From Octopus sinensis (taxonomy: Eukaryota), in the NCBI RefSeq assembly GCF_006345805.1, contig NC_042998.1:31558001-31622000 (forward strand): a DNA stretch of 64,000 nucleotides. Reading direction: 5' to 3'. Position numbers and translations under genes: made by a program. The notes under the pieces are model-generated. The model did no database searches, was not told the DNA's origin, and saw nothing but the letters and a program-made list of their open reading frames with translations. Positions 40,681-55,685 of this stretch are shown here, one piece after another; positions within the stretch are counted from its first letter, which is position 1, and each line of letters starts with the position of its first letter.

Positions 40681-41050
40681 GTGGAGGCGCAATAGCCAAG
40701 TGGTTAGGGCAGTGGACTCGCGGTTTCGATTCCCAGCCTGGGCGTTGCGAGTGTTTATTGAGCGAAAACACCTAAAGTTCTACGAAGCTCCGGCAGGGGA
40801 TAGTAGGGAACCTTAATGTACTCTTTTACCACAACTTTCTCTCACTCTTTCTTCCTGTTTCTGCTGTACCTATATTTCAAAGGGCCAGCCTTGTCACACT
40901 CTGTGTCACGCTGAATCTCCTCGAGAACTACGTTAAGGGTACACGTGCCTGCTGAGTGCTCAGCCACTTGCACGTTAATTTCACGAGCTGACTGTTCCGT
41001 TGATCAGATGAACTGGAACCCTCGTCGTCGTAACCGGCAGAGTGCCAGGA
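40681..41050 (+). mobile_element. tRNA-derived SINE (family C)
   Basis: GTGGAGGCGCAATAGCCAAGTGGTTAGGGCAG..GGTTTCGATTCCC (A/B boxes); related copy at 41700-42000 on the minus strand. Confidence 0.8.
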
Positions 41051-41249
41051 CAAGTGAGTCCATTTGCAAATGGCTTTATAGAATGCTTCCAGTCTTTTTT
41101 ATTGGGTCTTTTATATTACATCGTAATCTGAAGAATATGACAAAGATGGCATAAACAGTCTTAATGCTTACACTACGAAGTACATTCATTGGCAGAAGCA
41201 TGTATCAGATATTTGAATTCACCGTATTTCGAAAAATTCTGCCTTAAGC

Positions 41250-41596
41250 TTTGTTTCAGTCAGTTGACTGCGGCCATGCTGGAACACCGCCTGTAGTCGA
41301 AAAAATCGACTTATTCTTTGTAAGCCTAGTACTTATCCTATCGGTGTCTTTTGCCGAACCGCTAAGTTACGGGGGCGTAAACACACCAACATCGGTTGTC
41401 AAGCGATGGTGGTGGGGGACAAACACAGACACACAGACACACACATATATGTGTATATATATATACATTTATATATATATATACGACGGGATTCTTACAG
41501 TTTCAGTCTAAGAAATCCACTCACAAGGGTTTGATCAGCTCAAGGCTGTAGTAAAAGATACGTGTTCAAGATACCACACAGTGGGACTGATCACGA
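41250..41596 (-). mobile_element. SINE family B
   Basis: Matches the 32345 copy. Confidence 0.8.
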
Positions 41597-41699
41597 ATTA
41601 TTGTTTATAATCGGAAGACAGATGATATAACATATAATCGTAATCTAAAGGATTAAAATTTTGTGTCAAGAAACTAATAGTGTAGATAAGTATGTGATC

Positions 41700-42000
41700 A
41701 CGTAATCATGTGACCGACCAGGCTATCAGATGTTGCTATACATCGCTGGTCACAATGCGCTTCGCATTGTTTTAGCTTTCAAATGACCCCACCCCGCTAG
41801 CTAAGCGAGCAGGTCAACAGAAGAAAGAGTGAGAGAAAGTTGTGGCGAAAGAGTACAGCAGGGATCGCCACTACCCCTGCCTCGTGGAGCTTTAGGTGTT
41901 TTCACTCCATAAACACACACAACGCCCGGTCTTGGAATCGAAACCGCGATCCTACGTCCGCGAGTCCGCTGCCCTATCCACTGGGCCATTGCGCCTCCAC
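41700..42000 (-). mobile_element. tRNA-derived SINE (family C)
   Basis: Minus-strand head GTGGAGGCGCAATGGCCCAGTGGATAGGGCAGCGGACTCGCGG..GGTTTCGATTCC. Confidence 0.8.
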
Positions 42001-43659
42001 ACTTATATGTATGTATGTATGCTCTTTAATACATATTTCACAATAAACTTTTAAATATGTTACATGAGGCTGAATAGTAATAAATTTCCTGTATTTCTCT
42101 CTTCCTCATTCTCTCCCTCTCTCTCTCTCTCTCTCTCAAGCGCGCGCTCACATATTTCTTTATATAACATTTTTCTAATGGAAAGAGAAACGAAACAAGA
42201 AATGATATCGAACATAAATGTAAAAGAATGGGTGCTTGAATGAAAGGGTGTGGATAAAACAAAAAAAAAAGGGATGAATAGAAAAACCTAGAAGGGATTG
42301 CGATGCTAATGCCTTTATAACATGATACTCTGTATACATATACCGAGATATTTGATAAGATCGCGAGCAGTGAAGATATTACATATCTAATTATAAGAAA
42401 ATCTCACTTACAATATAGTATAAACAAATGCTTCCTTTTATCAATCTTTGAAGATCTTTAAGATTGATAAACCACAATGCCTTTGTTAATAAATATCCAA
42501 GGAATTTATTTACAAAAATCAAACGTAATAAAATGTCAATATCTCACCGAAGCCTGCCACAATATATTGGGCCCTGCTATCCCGGAAATGCGTTTAATGA
42601 AGCAAATCCAGAATGCTACTGCATTTCATGCTTTAATACTCACTAACCGGAGAAAATTCCCAGAAATTGTTTATCTGCTCAATGAAGTATCGTACAATCC
42701 AGTGCTATTAAAGTGCTTAGAGGAAAATAAGGTTTGGATACAAGGGCAAGAGTTTTATTTCGTTTACTTTTCCTGCAAATAATTATTCAATATTGATGCA
42801 AGACTTTGGGGATTAATAAAACTGGCGATTTTTTTTCTGTTTGAGTGATGTAGTCCTAAAATTCTGTTTAATATTCGTATCCCTGCTCTAAGAAACTGGA
42901 TGTCAAAAAGAAAACCTAATTATCAACACATTATCGTCGGATGAAGATTTTGAACTTCATAGAAATGAGTTTATTTGTTATTTGTTACAGCGCCTGCTGT
43001 AGGCCACAAAAACAGAGAGATTTTATTGGTTTCTTTTCTTGGTAGATTTTGCTTCTTGTGTAACATTACCTTTGACTTAAATTTTTTTTCTTTTATATGT
43101 TTAAAATTATAGAATACCATTTCGTTCAATTTCAATCAAAGGAGCACATAGCAAAATAATGCATTTGATATATGGTTAAATATTATAGTTTCCCAATATA
43201 AACCTAAATTATACGAAAAGCAAAATTGGGAATACTATTATTTAATATTCAATGACAAGACTTTGTTATTCATTTTATATTCGGAATGAGTTCAGTCAGT
43301 ACTTATTGATTGAAATACTGATTAATGACCCTGAAATACTTAGAAAACAGGTTTTCGATATTCAAACAGCTTGGAATAGAATGTCACTTGTTTCTTTAAA
43401 TACTTTAGAAGTTATTTTTGTTTCATCAACGTCTATAAAATGTCAACATATAACCTTGTTAATCAATAATTCAGTATTACTAACAAGCATCTAAGATGGA
43501 ACTAATATTAATATTTTGATTTCTGTTTTAGGGATAATGTCCGAGGTTTTTTATGTGAATAGCAGAATCGATTAAATCAACTTTTATTTGGTTGAAGAAA
43601 CTAGAGCTTTGGCCATAAAAGTTGTCCTGTATTTATTTCACTGATATCTGCAGTTATTT

Positions 43660-44026
43660 TCTTTTACTTGTTTCAGTCATTGAACTGTAGCCATGCTGGA
43701 GCACCGCCTTTAGTCAAGCAAATCGATCCCAGGACTCAGTCTTTGTATGCCTATCGGTCTTTTTGCCGAACCGCTAAGTTATGGGGACTTAAACACACCA
43801 CCATCGGTTGTCAAGCGATGTTAGGAGGACAAACACAGACACACAAACACACACACACATACGACGGGCTTCTTTCAGTTTCCATATACCAAATCCACTC
43901 ACAAGGCTTTGGTCGGCCCGAGGCTATACTAAAAGACCCTTTCCCAAGGTGCCACGCAGTGGGACTGAACCCGGAACCATGTGGTTGGTAAGCAAGGTAT
44001 TTACCACACATCCACTCCTACGCCTA
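43660..44026 (-). mobile_element. SINE family B, near full length
   Basis: Matches the 32345 copy. Confidence 0.85.
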
Positions 44027-45514
44027 TTATATGCATACATACATATTCTTCCTCGGTTTGACTCAATACTTGGTCAAGAGGATATTTTATATATATAGAA
44101 CCACCAAGTATATTTCCTAGTATAAGAGATTTAATTTTTATCAAAAGCATTTAGCACAGAATCCCCTCAAGATATGGAAATTATACATAAAAATCTACTT
44201 TCCTCTCCACAACTAGACTTATTAATCATTGATAGTTCTCCACATACACTATACAGAAGCATTAGATTTTCTTCTTCCGAGACAGAGCATATATTTACTA
44301 AGAATGTTCTACGGAAAATTATGAGCATAGAAAATCATGTACAGAAATATACCTCAAAATTGTGTTACTACATCTTAAAAAACGAAGTTTTACATCGCCA
44401 AGTATAATGTAGCTGGCATTTATAATTTTGGAAGTATTTTGGCCAGAAAGTTGTACCATCATAAATAATTTGGAGTGACTCAACAGCGACACACGCCTAG
44501 ACATTACAATACGTTCAAGATACTAACGATCAAATGAAGTTCTCTATTTTGTTCTCTCTCTCTGGACCATATTTGTTTCTGCTTTTTGAAAATTTTAAGG
44601 TAGAAAAATTCATTACAGTAACACCACCACTACTAACAAAAGCTACAGCAATAACACTAGTACTACTGCTATTGCTACTGCTGCTGCTGCTACTACTACT
44701 ACTACTACTACTACTGCTACGACTATTACTACCACCACCACCACTTGAGTAGACAGAAATAAATATAAATTAAATTGAGCCTTATAGTTAACCCTGTAAG
44801 ATGTGTACGATACAGTAATATAAGCCCGAAATTTAATATCTGAATATTTTTTTGAAAGTTTCAATGAGTTTTGAGTCATATCATTGCATTTTCATTCATG
44901 TAACAACAAAAAAAAGAAAAAAATAATAATGATGAAGCATTCCATAACGGCAAAAGAGTTGTCGAATGATTGCAACAGTTTCGATCGGAATTCATGTAGA
45001 GTATAAGTATCTAAGAAGACAAAAAAAAAAGCTCTCACACATGCGCACAACGCATGTATACACATACAAATACACTTGTACATATATTGAATAGAAAGAA
45101 GTACATGATATAACTCCTGGCATCAAGTGGTACTTCAACAATTTCTATTTTTTTGCGCTCTTTCAAATCTAGAGGTAAAGAACAATGGCCTTACTCTTAT
45201 CATAAAAGAAATACATAACTTCCGTTTTCATCCCCTAAGCATTTATTTTAAGCGTAAAAATCTCTGACAAATTTCACATTCAAATGCAAAATTTTCTGAA
45301 TATCGAATATAAAATACTGTTTTATACAATTTTTGTAAAAATATTAAAATAACAACTCTATGTAAAAAAAATACAATGAAAATAATGACCGTAAGTCATT
45401 GAGAATGAATGAGATAAGCATGAATACCAAACGTAGCCATAGCAATTATATGAAGCAGCATAAAGCTAAATAATGTAGATGCTGGAATAAAACAAAACCT
45501 TCTGTTTTTTTTTA

Positions 45515-45719
45515 TCTTTTACTTGTTTCAATCAGTAGACTGCGGCCATGCTGGGGTACTGCCTTGAAGAATGCTTAATCGAATGGATCGACTCTAGAAC
45601 TTTTCTTATGCCCGGTACTTGTTCTAGCTTTTTTGTTTTGCCGAACCGCTAAGTTACGGGGACGAAGGCACATCAACACTAGTTGTGAAGCTGTGGTGGG
45701 GGACAAAAACAGACACACA

Positions 45720-45769
<50 letters not shown>

Positions 45770-45775
45770 CACACA
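45515..45775 (-). mobile_element. SINE family B 3' part
   Basis: GACTGCGGCCATGCTGG..GCCGAACCGCTAAGTTACGGGGACG. Confidence 0.75.
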
Positions 45776-46299
45776 TTACACTCACATAGCCACAGAATAC
45801 CCTTAGCGCCTCACCCCTATTTTTATGTATAAATAAATATTTTATATTTTACTAATTTATATTTACTATGAATCATTTGATATTTAATATAATATATAAT
45901 TTATATACAATACTATAATAATATTACAATAAATTGATAGCGTCCCCCCTAATCCACTGCATTCCTCCCAACGCTTCATTTTTCTCTACCGCCACAACCC
46001 CACCACCCCATTAGGCACCACCACCCATCTGGACCAGCACTCCATGCCCACCGGGGGCCGGTAGCACCCACTTTGAGAACCTATGCATTATAGTGACTAT
46101 ACCAACAGAAACAATTAAAATGGTTACACTAAGAAAGTATCATTTATCAATTCAGACGAGGATTGTAGTGGATGTACCGCATGACGTGTTTACTTCAGAA
46201 TTCATTGAAGATAATCGTGCCTTAAATGAAATCGAACGAAGGAATGTACTACCCGCCCCTGAGTTCTGCAGACTGAATATCAAAGTAAGACTAACATCA

Positions 46300-46712
46300 T
46301 TTTCTTTACTACCCACGAGGGGCTAAACACAGAGAGGATAAACAAGGACTGACAAACGGATTAAGTCGATTACATCGACCCCAGTGCGTAATTGGTACTT
46401 AATTTATCGAACCCGAAAGGATGAAAGGCAAAGTCGACCTCGGCGGAATTTGAACTCAGAACGTAACGGCAGACGAAATACCTATTTTTTTACTACCCAC
46501 AAGGGGCTAAACACAGAGAGGACAAGCAAGGACAGACAAACGGATTAAGTCGATTATATCGACTCCAGTGCGTAACTGGTACTTATTTAATCGACCCCGA
46601 AAGGATGAAAGGCAAAGTCGACCTCGGTGGAGTTTGAACTCAGAACGTAGCGGCAGACGAAATACCGCTAAGCATTTCGTCCGGCGTGCTAACGATTTTG
46701 CCAACTCGCCCC
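46300..46712 (-). mobile_element. Two tandem SINE family A copies with the LINE-type 3' tail; apparent TSD TAAGACTAACATCA
   Basis: Family core twice; each ends (minus strand) in TAGCCCCT(T/C)GTGGGTAGTAAA; TAAGACTAACATCA occurs at ~46286 and ~46721. Confidence 0.85.
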
Positions 46713-47392
46713 CTTTTAATTAAGACTAACATCACCACACACATCTCCGTCCCCCGTAAACTACCACTCCTTCCTCTCTTTTCATTCCCTTCCTGTCCAC
46801 CAAATACACACAGAAATACCCATGTAACTCAATCAACCTTCTCACTAGTCAAAAGGGAGAAAACAATCCTCTGTCAAACATCCTCTAATTTTATGTCGTC
46901 TGAAGAAATGAATCCAAGAAGCTGATCTAACTGATGCGCACGGATACTATGGACTTCACTGTAATCTTCCCAGGAAAACGGACTGTGATCTTAAGAGACA
47001 TGTGACTCGTGGAAACGCGCGTAGCGATGCATTAAATACTTATAAATCCCAGTGTGTGTACAGTGATCACAGGTTGTGGACAATCACATCTAGAATTTAT
47101 ACTGTAGAAGTTTAATTGAGCTGCTTAGCATACTTGATAAGAAATCGTGTCCATAGTTAATACTCTCTCCTCGTAAACTAGACACTTCATATCATTATCC
47201 GGTAGCGGCTGTGTGTGTTTTATTAATAGTCAACAAATTTTAACAGAAATATAGATTTTCTTCTCCGATATTAGATATATGCACAGAAATGGGCGGATAG
47301 CTGTTTACTACCGAAAGCCAAAAGCCCCGCAAAGAAATATCATCACAATGAAAGCGTTCTGAGTATCTGAAGTTGAAAACAAACTTAATATG

Positions 47393-47434
<42 letters not shown>

Positions 47435-48005
47435 AATATATATATATATATAGTAAATACGAATTTTTATTGGAACTGCTGTGGAAGAGAAAAATTGAAT
47501 GTTATTCAGCCAATTTCCTTTTTCTATTATATGTGTATTTCGTTTGCACCTGAAGAAATCTAAATCGGTAGTCTTTGTTATGTATAATAACTTTTGTTAT
47601 CTCCAGCGGCGCAGCTGTTTATTTCCTATAACAGTGTAATATATTTCATCTATTTTGCTGAGGTTAAGGAAAAATGAGTGTAAAATATCTCGTAGATTGA
47701 TCTCCGGTGTGTCTTATGAATCATTTCCTGCGCAATGTAACCATAGCCGATTGTGCAATTAAATTCAACTCTACAAGTCACACTTGCAGTCTTACTGCTG
47801 GCTGCAGACAACTGCAATTTACTTTGATATTTCTTTTCCGACTTTCGATCTAAAGGGCCTTCATGGATACTCTGTATGTGTTGACATTATTAGACTTCAA
47901 ATATCTAAAGTGGCTGCCCTTAGGGTTTCTAGTCAGTCATACATATTTTCAAGGAATTCACTCCCGAGAAATTATATACTTTACATTCTTGCTTCTCTCT
48001 ACTCG

Positions 48006-49200
48006 GTTTCTTTATTAGCCACAAGGGCCCAAACATAGATGGGGACAAACAAGGACACCACAGAGGGGACAATACATAGAACGAATATAATGAGATGATT
48101 ATACAATAATGGGGTTCTGAATGGCTGCATGCGCCCCTCATCACACGCATTACCATTAATCTTTTTAAACTGTCCGTTTTTATCATGTACTAGCAGTATC
48201 GCCCGGCGTTGCTCGGGTTTGTAAGGGAAATAACTATAAAAGCATTTTTAGAGAGTTATAGCCAAAAAATAGCAAAAAATGCATTAAAAATGGAAAAAAA
48301 TTATGGTAATATTTTTTTAAATCGTTGACTCATCGTAGACATTTTTAGAGAGTTACTTCCCTTATATAATAGCGAAAAAATGCATTAAAATGGAAAAAAA
48401 TTATGGTAATTTTTTAAAAAAATCGTAGACTCATCGTAGACGCGCGCTAATACCCAGAAGGGCTAGATATGAATCACGACTATAAGATTCCCGGTTTTTG
48501 TTAAGCTGCACCGCAAAATGTGGGAGTAGTTAGGAATCTAAATCGTAGGAGACAGACAAACAACTTCACTTTTATATATAAAGATTTGCATAACAATTAA
48601 TTATCGTCTACCATTACCATAATTTGAACCGTTATACGTTCTCTAAAATTGTTCTTCTATTTTCCGATATTATTTAACATAACATAAACACTCTTTTTCC
48701 TTTTTTTTCCTCCTTTTTCTTTTTTCCTGTCGATTTGACATATTTATTTATTATTTTTTTAGTAATATTTCATTAGTGGTTCGATTTCTACTAAATCCTC
48801 TACTGGTGGCAATTCTTTGAATTCCGCCCTTATTCCTGATGGGTCAATATTATCTCCACGCATTTCTTGTAGTCTCTTATAACTTTCCTCCTCAATTACT
48901 ATCGCCTTCATATCCTCTGCATATATGTATGCTGGTACCTTTACTCTTACTATTTGGTTGAAATATTCATTCACAATTATATCCGACATTTATGCTATGT
49001 CTGATTTTAGCAATATCATAGGTTAGCCCATATATATGAATCTATTATCGCGCATTCATATCAGTGCGTTCACTTCAATGTGACCCCTCTTTTTGGATTC
49101 AGTTCCATTTTTTACTTTTAATATCTGATCTGGTGATTCTTTACTATCATCCTGCGGTATTTACCTAGCCAAATATTTTTTCTTCCAATTTTCGAAAACC
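48006..49200 (-). mobile_element. Third, decayed member of the ORF1-only element family, interrupted by a Helitron
   Basis: ORF 48759-48989 ends in IVIEEE..RGDNIDPSGIRAEFKELP..LMKYY, resembling the C-terminus of the 466-aa ORF; 3' UTR has a GGGG hairpin and the GTCCCC..GGCCCTTGTGGCTAATAAAGAAA tail; 5' boundary uncertain. Confidence 0.55.
48190..48584 (-). mobile_element. Non-autonomous Helitron
   Basis: Minus strand begins TC(TTTATATATAAAAG) and ends in hairpin CCCGAGCAACGCCGGG + CTAG; inserted between A and T; contains an internal ~110-bp tandem duplication. Confidence 0.85.
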
Positions 49201-49521
49201 GTTCATAAAAACAAACAGTGTGTTTTTAACTTTCAGAAATTTCATTTGTACACGTTTCACGCCAATATTACATAATTGTACACCAAATATATTATGAACC
49301 AGAACAGGATACAAATATATTCAGATTTAAACAAATGCGAAAATATTCGCTCGGCAAGATATAATTTTCTCAAATACTTCAATGTATTCTTCACTATGTT
49401 AATTGTAACTCCAATTGTTGCAACATCAATTACTACTAAACAACAGAATCTGTCTATATTTCCTCAACAGAAAGCTATCAAAGCACAGCATAAGTATTAG
49501 TAATTGACGACTACGTCAGCA

Positions 49522-52930
<3,409 letters not shown>

Positions 52931-53699
52931 TCATATTCAAGCATACTCACACACCCTCATCCTAACAGACGCTTATTTATGGGGCTGAATCAATTTAGTG
53001 CAAATGAAAAGCTGTTAGGAAGGCGGCGAAGAACTAAAGCAGATTTGCTAGTAATTGCGTTATCATTACTATTTATTATTATTACATGGTCACTCCGAAT
53101 AATCTGGAACAAATATGTCAAGTGTTTGCTTTTAGTATCATATCTATAATGATTACATTCTGCAAAGCAATTCTCAATGGAACACTCAGTAAACTACCGC
53201 GCAGAATTTTCTTTTGTTATGCGGTTTAATCATCGCTTGTTACTTCGCCTCCATTGTGTTTCCGTATAAATATTTGAGGTGAGGTTCGCTTTAGTATCTT
53301 CTATATTTTAACTTCAGCACACGAGCAAAAGATAGCTAACTAAAAGGCTATATAGATCGCTGTATCCATTTCGCTTACTCTGCATCATAATAAAACTCAT
53401 GAATGTATGAACGTCATGCGTCTTAGTTTGCCTCTTTCTAATATGTAGCATATTGCTGCAAAATTATAAACGGGGGCTCAACACTTACTTTCACTGACCT
53501 ATATCTGCTGAACCACGAAACCACAGTTGTCCATAATAGAAACACATATGGAACAGGATTCCACTTCGCTTGACTCCACCTGTAAATATATAGTTGTGTG
53601 TCAACACAAGATCTAATGAATAGAATATGTGAGAGAAACGGTTGTGTATAAGCGTTGTGATTTTGCTGGATTCAAACCTGTTAGTTGGAGCGTTGTATC

Positions 53700-55447
53700 A
53701 CTCTACATAGCAGGAATTTTTGTTGTGTAAATTGATAATTATCGCGCGAGGCGTTTGCCTCCACGTGTGGAAACCTTCCGAAGAAGGTGAATTGACCCTC
53801 TAGTCATGGCGACTTACGCGGGGGTCACGGGAAAGAAAAATAATGATTACTCGATAATCGTGAAGGATGTTTTCTTTGAGAAGAGTAAACTCAAAGAATA
53901 TGAAAAGCTATTCAAAAGGGAGGGTGATAGCGTGAAGCTAATCCCCCCCGCGAAAGCAAAAGAGGACAAAGAAAACAAGACTGTAACATATAGAACCCAA
54001 GACAAAAATACAAAGAAACTGGCAAGAGTGGAGATAGCAGAAATCGAAAAATGTCTGGGAGACATAATGCAGAAATCGACCTACGTGAGTAGAGGCAAGA
54101 AATTTGGTACGGTGGAGGTGAGATGTGCAACGGAAGAAGTTGCAGCCTCACTGGCTACCACTGTACTAAGAGCGGAAACATTTACAATGTGGCCCTCATA
54201 CAAGGGAAGAAGAGGGGTCCGGGTTAAAATCCCGAATATACCCCCGGAAGTGAAAACAGAATGGCTGGCAACAGCTATTCTAGGAGCAGCAGAAGAGGAA
54301 GTGGAGGTGGAATCCTTTAAGGAGTCCAACGCGATTAACTGGAGAGGATATGGGGTAGAACTGTGTTTGATGGCCACAAAAGAGGACATTGAAAGGTTCC
54401 CCTACAGAATAGAAATAGAAGACGAGAAAACCCTCAGTGTAATTGTAGAGGGAAGAAAGCCAAACTGCTACTTGTGCGGGACAAGGGGGCACATTAAAAA
54501 AGAGTGCCCGTTATACGAATTCATAACGGAGTACGAGCAGGAGCTTGAAGAAAGGAGGAGTACGGTAAATGAAAAAGAAAACATAGAAAAGGAGACAAAA
54601 CAACAAGAGAAAGGAAATAATAAGTCAACGAAGGAAAAAGAAATAAAAGAAAAGAAAGAAATAGAACCAAAACAGAGTCAGGAAAAGAAAAAGGAAAAAG
54701 AAACAACAGGAAAAAAACAAGAGAGAGATCAGAACCAAACGAAAAGAAAAGACGGCACACAAAAAGAAAAAGAAAAGGAACATAAAACACGAGAGAAAGA
54801 GAGAACAGACAAAGAACCAAAAAGACAAGAGAAGGAAGAAGAAAGAAAAGAAGGCAAAAAGAGAGAAAGAGAGAAACAAAGAGAGGAGAACAAGGAAGAA
54901 ATAAGCCCGAAAAGAAAAACGAGGGAAAACGTAGGACGGAAACAAGATTACTACAAGTTAATAACCTTCCATTTCTGCCCTGAAATGAAGGAATTGACAT
55001 GTAGTACGGAGGGACATGTGTGGGTCAACAGGATGACTGATCAGTGGCAGGAGACTGCTCTGATCCCCGAAGAAAGAGTCGCTGAGTTCCTCAGAGCTGC
55101 CGGAGAGAGTGTAATTTTTTACACGGGTGTTCGAATGAAAGAGCGGCTGCCTGAGGGCTCAGTGATTGACTTTAGAGACTTGAAAGGTATTATGGAATAC
55201 GTATAAAATTGTGAGAAGAGAGAGAAGAAAGAAGAGAAAAAAGAAAACATTGTGAAATATATGTGACGAAAATGTAACCTCTCGATTCCGGGGATCGAGT
55301 GGGCATTTACATCTCATTGTAAATATTCTTTCATATGTCATTTTTTATTTTTATTTTTTCCTTTTCTTGTCATTTCGCTTTCTTATTTTAAGTTCCCCGA
55401 TTGTATTGTCCCCTCTATGTTCGCCCCTTGTGGGTAGTAATAAAATC
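53700..55447 (+). mobile_element. ORF1-only (HAL1-like) non-LTR element, copy 1
   Basis: Structured 5' leader, single ORF1-like CDS, 3' UTR hairpin (55272-55312) and LINE-type tail GTCCCCTCTATGTTCGCCCCTTGTGGGTAGTAATAAAA; no ORF2 between the ORF and the tail; 5' boundary uncertain. Confidence 0.7.
53806..55206 (+). CDS. L1/Tx1-type ORF1-like protein (RRM-like region, CCHC zinc knuckle, K/E-rich linker, C-terminal domain), 466 aa
   Basis: Intact ORF; KFGTVEVRC and VRVKIPNIPP RRM-like segments; VEGRKPNCYLCGTRGHIKKEC = C-x2-C-x4-H-x4-C. Confidence 0.8.
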   Translation: MATYAGVTGKKNNDYSIIVKDVFFEKSKLKEYEKLFKREGDSVKLIPPAKAKEDKENKTVTYRTQDKNTKKLARVEIAEIEKCLGDIMQKSTYVSRGKKFGTVEVRCATEEVAASLATTVLRAETFTMWPSYKGRRGVRVKIPNIPPEVKTEWLATAILGAAEEEVEVESFKESNAINWRGYGVELCLMATKEDIERFPYRIEIEDEKTLSVIVEGRKPNCYLCGTRGHIKKECPLYEFITEYEQELEERRSTVNEKENIEKETKQQEKGNNKSTKEKEIKEKKEIEPKQSQEKKKEKETTGKKQERDQNQTKRKDGTQKEKEKEHKTREKERTDKEPKRQEKEEERKEGKKREREKQREENKEEISPKRKTRENVGRKQDYYKLITFHFCPEMKELTCSTEGHVWVNRMTDQWQETALIPEERVAEFLRAAGESVIFYTGVRMKERLPEGSVIDFRDLKGIMEYV

Positions 55448-55685
55448 ACATGTATGTATAAATTACTTTTTTTTTTTGTTTTTATCTTATTTCGATGACG
55501 GGTGTCGAAAACGTAAGACAGATTTTTGGTCGGTTATATAGGTAAATCTGCGACCCACGAGGAAGTGGCGTCGTGAGTTAAATTTTGTTACTGCGTTACA
55601 CGTTAATTTTGTTAAACGTTTTTGTTGTACGGACGCGCGGGGTTTTTCTGTCTGTGTTCAGACAGACAAGGACGGCCCCTCCCTG

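Noticed and set aside
40681-40745. tRNA gene calls for SINE heads
   Set aside because: A/B boxes are present, but there is no complete cloverleaf and they run into SINE bodies.
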